Positions 59,462 to 64,000 of a stretch of DNA of 64,000 bases are shown here, in pieces. Source of the DNA: an uncultured Desulfobacter sp. Lineage in GTDB: Bacteria > Desulfobacterota > Desulfobacteria > Desulfobacterales > Desulfobacteraceae. Position 1 is the stretch's first letter, and every line of letters starts with the position of its first letter. Made by a program: the position numbers and the translations under genes. The notes under the pieces were generated by a model that was not told the origin of the DNA, ran no database searches, and saw nothing but the letters and a program-made list of their open reading frames with translations. The stretch covers positions 2,016,001 to 2,080,000 of the forward strand of contig OY762069.1 of the NCBI GenBank assembly GCA_963665095.1, read 5' to 3'.

Positions 59462-60103
59462 ATGAAAGTTATAACACTTGCAAATCAAAAGGGTGGTTGC
59501 GGAAAAAGTACGATTATTATAAACCTTGCCATTGAGCTGGCCCTTAGGAAATACCGGGTTATTATTTTTGATACAGACCCGCAGGGCAGCTGCTATGAAA
59601 CCATTGAGGTTCGTGGCGATGAAAAAATGGAAGGGCTTGATGTCGCAGTCGTCTACGAAAACCTGTATCAGGCTATTGAAAACTGCGATGCTGATTATGA
59701 TTTTGTCTTAATTGACACCCCTCCCCATGATAATGAGGTTGTAACAGTGGCAACGGTCTGTTCTGACTTGATTATTATTCCCGTACAGGACTCGCCACTG
59801 GACATTCGCAGCACGAAAACAACGGTGGAGCTGATACACCAGGCCAGAGAACTTAATCCGGATCTGATGGCGTACTTTCTGTTGAGCCGAATCCAGACCA
59901 ATTCAGTCATGGCCCGGGAACTTGCACAAGTTTTAAAAAAAACCTATAATTTCGACATTCTTGACACAAAAATCGCGAACCGGATGGCATATAAATATTC
60001 GCTGATTTATGGTCAGAGCGTGTCGGAGTTTTCCGCCGGAGACCATTCAGCCAAAGAGATCCAGGCGCTTGCCAAAGAAATTGTGTCTATTTTTGACCGG
60101 TAG
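59462..60103 (+). CDS. Short ParA/Soj/ParF-family ATPase
   Basis: Deviant Walker A NQKGGCGKST, DTDPQGS, IDTPP; 213 aa with no N-terminal HTH. Confidence 0.93.
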   Translation: MKVITLANQKGGCGKSTIIINLAIELALRKYRVIIFDTDPQGSCYETIEVRGDEKMEGLDVAVVYENLYQAIENCDADYDFVLIDTPPHDNEVVTVATVCSDLIIIPVQDSPLDIRSTKTTVELIHQARELNPDLMAYFLLSRIQTNSVMARELAQVLKKTYNFDILDTKIANRMAYKYSLIYGQSVSEFSAGDHSAKEIQALAKEIVSIFDR

Positions 60104-60133
60104 GCTGCAAAACACAAGCTTACGTGTATGTTT

Positions 60134-60151
60134 TTTCACTTTAAAGTGAAA
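60134..60151. promoter_or_regulatory. Perfect 18-bp palindrome between parA-like gene and its partner
   Basis: TTTCACTTTAAAGTGAAA. Confidence 0.5.
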
Positions 60152-60224
60152 TTTTATACATTACATCAACGAATATCATCGTTTCTGTCCGGGAAGCGAC
60201 TGATATGGAAAAGGAGCCAGTTCT

Positions 60225-60800
60225 ATGAAAAAAAAGAGACCGTCATTGCTTGATATTGAGGTGCTTGCCCAGAAAAGAGCCGACAGTAAACTGGATAAAT
60301 TAAAAAAATTGGAAGCCCAAACCTTTGAGCCGATTGAAGAAGCAAGCAAACCTCTGTATGAAGAAGAGGAGGAGGAGCCCCTGTATACGGAAGCACCCCA
60401 ACAGCATGAACAGCACGGTGATGATTTCATGGATGATCTTGTTGAATTTGTGACAAGCTACCGAAGCGAAATAGTCAATTTGAAAAACGATCTGTTTAAG
60501 GTCAAGGAACAGGTCCGCATATTCAGCTCCATGATGAACAGTCAGCAGAAGAAAATCGCCCAGCTTATGCAAATGAGCCAGCAGCAGGGCGGGGGCGGTG
60601 CCAACTCTGTGGAAGATGACAATTACTACAGGCTGGTGCTGCGCAGTATTATCTGGCTGAAAGAAGAGAAGGGTTTCAGTACCAACGATGTTATCCGCCT
60701 GTTCCGTGCAGAAGGATTCCAGACGCCTGCACCTCACAGGGACTGGAATGAAAAGGTCGTTGAACAGCTCCATTCCGAGGCACGACGAAGAATTTATTAG
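60225..60800 (+). CDS. Hypothetical ParA partner: basic N-terminus, acidic linker, coiled coil, recombinase-type winged helix
   Basis: AAGGAG RBS; MKKKRPSLLD...; C-terminus GFSTNDVIRLFRAEGFQTPAPHRDW. Confidence 0.8.
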   Translation: MKKKRPSLLDIEVLAQKRADSKLDKLKKLEAQTFEPIEEASKPLYEEEEEEPLYTEAPQQHEQHGDDFMDDLVEFVTSYRSEIVNLKNDLFKVKEQVRIFSSMMNSQQKKIAQLMQMSQQQGGGGANSVEDDNYYRLVLRSIIWLKEEKGFSTNDVIRLFRAEGFQTPAPHRDWNEKVVEQLHSEARRRIY

Positions 60801-60879
60801 CAAACCTGTCAGCACCCGGTAAAAACTGTTTGTTTAACTGGTAATCCGATATAACAGCGGGAATCTTAAAATAAATAAA

Positions 60880-60923
60880 AACGGGTGGTGTGTATGGCGT
60901 ATTGCCGATACATACCACCCGTT
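60880..60923. terminator. Long hairpin after the ParA partner gene
   Basis: ACGGGTGGTGTGTAT/ATACATACCACCCGT stem. Confidence 0.7.
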
Positions 60924-61027
60924 CCCGTTTTCAGCAATTTCTCCACCCGGCTTTCTGCAGGTAGAAAAAAATCCCACCATCATCGATATCAAAAATACGA
61001 TTCCAAATTTCTATCATAAATCACAAT

Positions 61028-61240
61028 TTGACCTTAACGGCAGGCAGCCACTACCACATCAGTATTTCAGACAAAACAGGAAAAACCATTGGCGCCCATC
61101 TCATGGATGGCAGCGCTGTTTACACCACTGCAGAAATTGTCATCGGCATTATGCCATATTACCGTTTCCTGCGCACCCATGACCCCGAAACCGGATATCC
61201 GGAACTTGATATTGAAAATTTGTCAAACATAAAGGAATAA
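61028..61240 (+). pseudogene. C-terminal half of a PPC/DUF296-domain protein
   Basis: HYHISISDKTGKTIGAHLMDGSAVYTTAEIVIG; the N-terminal half and an RBS are missing. Confidence 0.65.
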
Positions 61241-61243
61241 ACC

Positions 61244-61837
61244 ATGGCATCCTCCACAAGTTTTAAAGAGACCTTCAAAACCGCCACCATCGTTTTAATG
61301 GCCATTGCCATTGTTATCAACATGGCGGTGGGCCAGCTTGTATCCATGCTCAAGCTGCCCATTTTCCTGGACTCCATCGGTACCATTCTGGTGGGAATCC
61401 TGGCAGGACCATGGGCAGGCGGGCTTACCGGGCTTATCACCAACCTGATCTGGGGGCTTGTCTCCTCACCGGTGGCTGCCGCCTTTGCCCCGGTGGCCAT
61501 GGCCATCGGTATTGCAGCCGGTTTCTGCGCCCGGTTCGGCCTGTTTAAAACCCTGTGGTTCGCTTTAATCGCAGGCGGGATCATCACCCTATTCAACGCC
61601 ATTGTGGCCGTGCCCATCCGTCTGTATATGTTTGGCGGGATCACAGGCTCCGGTGCCGACTTCATCACCTCCTACATGCTGGCCCTGGGCCGGGATCTGT
61701 TCGGGTCGGTGGTGGTCTCCGTATTCACCTCAAACCTGCTTGACAAGGTGGTGACCGCCGTCCTTTGCTGGGCCATTGTCAGAGCCCTGCCCCAGCGGAC
61801 GCTAACCATTTTTCCGGAAGCAGGAAACATAAAATAG
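61244..61837 (+). CDS. ECF transporter S component
   Basis: LKLPIFLDSIGTIL...GPWAG; about six TMs; upstream of ecfT/ecfA. Confidence 0.9.
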   Translation: MASSTSFKETFKTATIVLMAIAIVINMAVGQLVSMLKLPIFLDSIGTILVGILAGPWAGGLTGLITNLIWGLVSSPVAAAFAPVAMAIGIAAGFCARFGLFKTLWFALIAGGIITLFNAIVAVPIRLYMFGGITGSGADFITSYMLALGRDLFGSVVVSVFTSNLLDKVVTAVLCWAIVRALPQRTLTIFPEAGNIK

Positions 61838-61903
61838 GCCGGACACGCCTAAACCATATGGAATGCCTGTGCCGGGAAATTCGCCTGGCCACAGGCAGTA
61901 ACA

Positions 61904-62686
61904 ATGTCATCTGATACAGGCACATTATTTATCAGCGGCCACTCGCTGCTTCACAAGGTTCATCCCTATACAAAACTGATCTTTATCCTGCTGTCAGGGA
62001 GTGCAGCCTATCTTCTGCCATGGGTGTTGTGGACAGGAATTGCACTGGCCGCTCTGAATCTGATCATCGCCGCTGCCTGCAGAATCGCCCTTCCTTTTTT
62101 AAAATTTATTTTCTGGGTCATATTGCCTTTAGCCCTGTTCATGCTGCCCATTCACGGCTTCCTTTATCCGGACAACCACACCCCGCTGTTCTGTTTTCAT
62201 GGCATCTGCGTGTTCCGGGAGGGCCTGATATTTGCCGGTACGGTACTGCTGCGCCTCACTGTTGTGTTAGGCGCCTCCCTGCTTTTTGTATTCACCACCC
62301 ACCCGGCTGACCTGATCACGGCAGTATCCCAAAGCACCGGATCATCCGCCTTTGGATATCTGATCGGCACGCCCCTTCTGCTGCTTCCCTCCATCCGGAA
62401 AAGAACGGCAGCCATCCAGTCAGCTCAAAAGGCCCGGGGAATGGAGATCGACGGCAATATTATCAGGCGCCTCAAAGGGCTTGCACCTCTGGTCATCCCC
62501 CTGGTATTAGGCGCGTTGATGGAGATTGAACAGCGAACCATTGCCCTTGAACTTAAAGGATTTAAATCCAAAGGCGCCAGAACCTCTCTGCGGACGGTAA
62601 AGGACTCCTTCAACCAGAAACTTATCCGCCGGATCATGCTGACACTGTGTGCCGGAATTGTACTGTTACGGATTATAAAAGGGTGA
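61904..62686 (+). CDS. ecfT: ECF transporter transmembrane T component
   Basis: SLLHKVHPYTK, AQKARG, ALELKGF. Confidence 0.92.
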   Translation: MSSDTGTLFISGHSLLHKVHPYTKLIFILLSGSAAYLLPWVLWTGIALAALNLIIAAACRIALPFLKFIFWVILPLALFMLPIHGFLYPDNHTPLFCFHGICVFREGLIFAGTVLLRLTVVLGASLLFVFTTHPADLITAVSQSTGSSAFGYLIGTPLLLLPSIRKRTAAIQSAQKARGMEIDGNIIRRLKGLAPLVIPLVLGALMEIEQRTIALELKGFKSKGARTSLRTVKDSFNQKLIRRIMLTLCAGIVLLRIIKG

Positions 62687-62691
62687 CACCT

Positions 62692-63627
62692 ATGGCAGGC
62701 ATTGTTTTTGACAAGGTCCGTTTCCAGTACCCGGCTGCATCCCGCCCGGCACTGGATAATCTTAGTTTTGATTTTCCATTTGGGGAATTTGTGGGAATTA
62801 TCGGTGCCGGCAATGCCGGCAAGTCCACCCTGTGTGCGGCCCTGGCTGGCATTGTGCCCCAGCTCTACCATGGACAGATGCAAGGGGAGGTAAGAATAGA
62901 CAACCTGCCTGTATCCCGCATGGAGACCTGGGAACTTACCGGCCGGGTGGGCCTGGTGTTGCAGATTCCGGTTCACCAGTTATCCGGCACCCGGTTCACG
63001 GTATTTGAAGAGACAGCCTTTGCCCTTGAAAATCTGGGTATTGAAAGAGATGAGATCATTGCCAGGGTCAAGCAGGCGCTGGAGGAAACAGGGCTTGAAC
63101 CATTTGCCCGGCAGAATCCCTATACGCTTTCCGGCGGACAGCAGCAGCGACTGGCCATTGCCTCAGCCCTGGCAATGGACCCGGATATCCTGGTGCTGGA
63201 TGAGCCCACCACATTCCTGGACCCCCTGGCCACTCAAAAAATTTTCGCGCTCCTTTCCCGGCTGAACCAACAGGGAAAAACCATTGTCATTGCCGAACAC
63301 CGCCTGGAATGGATTGCCGAATACGCCACAGACGTGGTGGCATTAAAACAGGGAACAATAGCAGCGCACGGCCCGCCTGAAAAAGTGCTGACCCACCCTG
63401 TCATCAGGGAAACAGGACTGGACTGGACTGGACACGATATACCAAAGCCGCCGCCCTTGCAAAGGCCCAGGGAATATGGTCTTCAGAACAACCCCTTCCC
63501 GCTGGATTTGCCATGGCGGCAAAGGGATTTCTCCTGTCATGAGTATACCGGCCCCGTTCATCCATATAAGGGATTTATCATTCAATTATCCCGGCGGCAA
63601 TTTTGCGCTGAAACATATCAACCTTGA
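62692..63627 (+). CDS. ecfA: ECF ATPase A1 with a frameshifted C-terminal tail
   Basis: GAGNAGKST, LSGGQQQR, LDEP, EH. An extra GGACT within 63415-63433 shifts the last ~37 codons; the expected stop is at 63542. Confidence 0.88.
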   Translation: MAGIVFDKVRFQYPAASRPALDNLSFDFPFGEFVGIIGAGNAGKSTLCAALAGIVPQLYHGQMQGEVRIDNLPVSRMETWELTGRVGLVLQIPVHQLSGTRFTVFEETAFALENLGIERDEIIARVKQALEETGLEPFARQNPYTLSGGQQQRLAIASALAMDPDILVLDEPTTFLDPLATQKIFALLSRLNQQGKTIVIAEHRLEWIAEYATDVVALKQGTIAAHGPPEKVLTHPVIRETGLDWTGHDIPKPPPLQRPREYGLQNNPFPLDLPWRQRDFSCHEYTGPVHPYKGFIIQLSRRQFCAETYQP

Positions 63628-64000
63628 CGTTTTTCCGGGAGAACGACTGGCCCTGGCAGGGCCCAACGGGGCAGGGAAAAGTACCCTGGCCAGACATCTT
63701 AACGGACTGCTTCGCCCGTCATCAGGGTTTTACCAGATAGGCGGTACAGATACAGCCCCACACACCGTGGCCCAGCTTTCCGGCAGGACAGCACTACTCT
63801 TTCAGAACCCGGATGATCAAATCTGCAAACGCACTGTTATGGATGAACTCTCCTTTGGCCCAAAAAATCTTGGGTATGCCAGGGACAAAGTCCGTACACT
63901 GATAGAAAATGTCCTGGACCGGTTTGACCTCCGGGATCTGGCAGGCCAGAATCCCCATGACCTAAACTACAGTGAACGCAAACGCATTGCCCTGGCCTCG
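63539..64000 (+). CDS. ecfA: ECF ATPase A2 (5' part; runs off the window)
   Basis: Manual translation MSIPAPFIHIRDLSFNYPGG...GPNGAGKST...FQNPDDQIC. Confidence 0.92.
   Translation, partial: MSIPAPFIHIRDLSFNYPGGNFALKHINLDVFPGERLALAGPNGAGKSTLARHLNGLLRPSSGFYQIGGTDTAPHTVAQLSGRTALLFQNPDDQICKRTVMDELSFGPKNLGYARDKVRTLIENVLDRFDLRDLAGQNPHDLNYSERKRIALAS

Overview
Chromosomal window from a sulfate-reducing deltaproteobacterium, most likely Desulfobacteraceae (inferred from the Tmc complex, HdrA-MvhD-MetVF and gene order). Most of it is housekeeping: tolQRAB-pal-cpoB-ruvCA, groESL, hflKC, an unannotated 31-aa bS22-type ribosomal protein, tRNA-Ser(GGA), prkA/DUF444/spoVR plus a second PrkA-like AAA+, and hisB-dnaG-rpoD-tRNA(CAT)-nif3-zinc ribbon-rnpB-HPr-ispD. 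It also holds a polyamine operon, tmcDCBA, hdrA-mvhD-metV-metF, an S24 repressor, an orphan ParA pair and an ECF transporter. I found no CRISPR array, transposase, prophage structural gene or rRNA. Best leads: (1) a short ParA with a non-ParB partner and an 18-bp palindrome between them. The partner's C-terminal recombinase-type winged-helix domain aligns by eye with the C-terminus of a 572-aa MerR/RacA-like protein carrying 11-12 DDLxxL repeats 35 kb away, suggesting an undescribed DNA or cargo positioning system. (2) A two-domain SpeD whose second domain has lost its pyruvoyl Ser, in an operon with speE, a GNAT, a DUF2156 protein and a very acidic protein. (3) A CI/LexA-like repressor with a shared TGTTTA-N7-CAACA operator. 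(4) A MITE-like element inside the prkA operon. (5) A 5-bp repeat expansion that frameshifts ecfA1. All protein calls come from motif recognition by eye; no database search was run.
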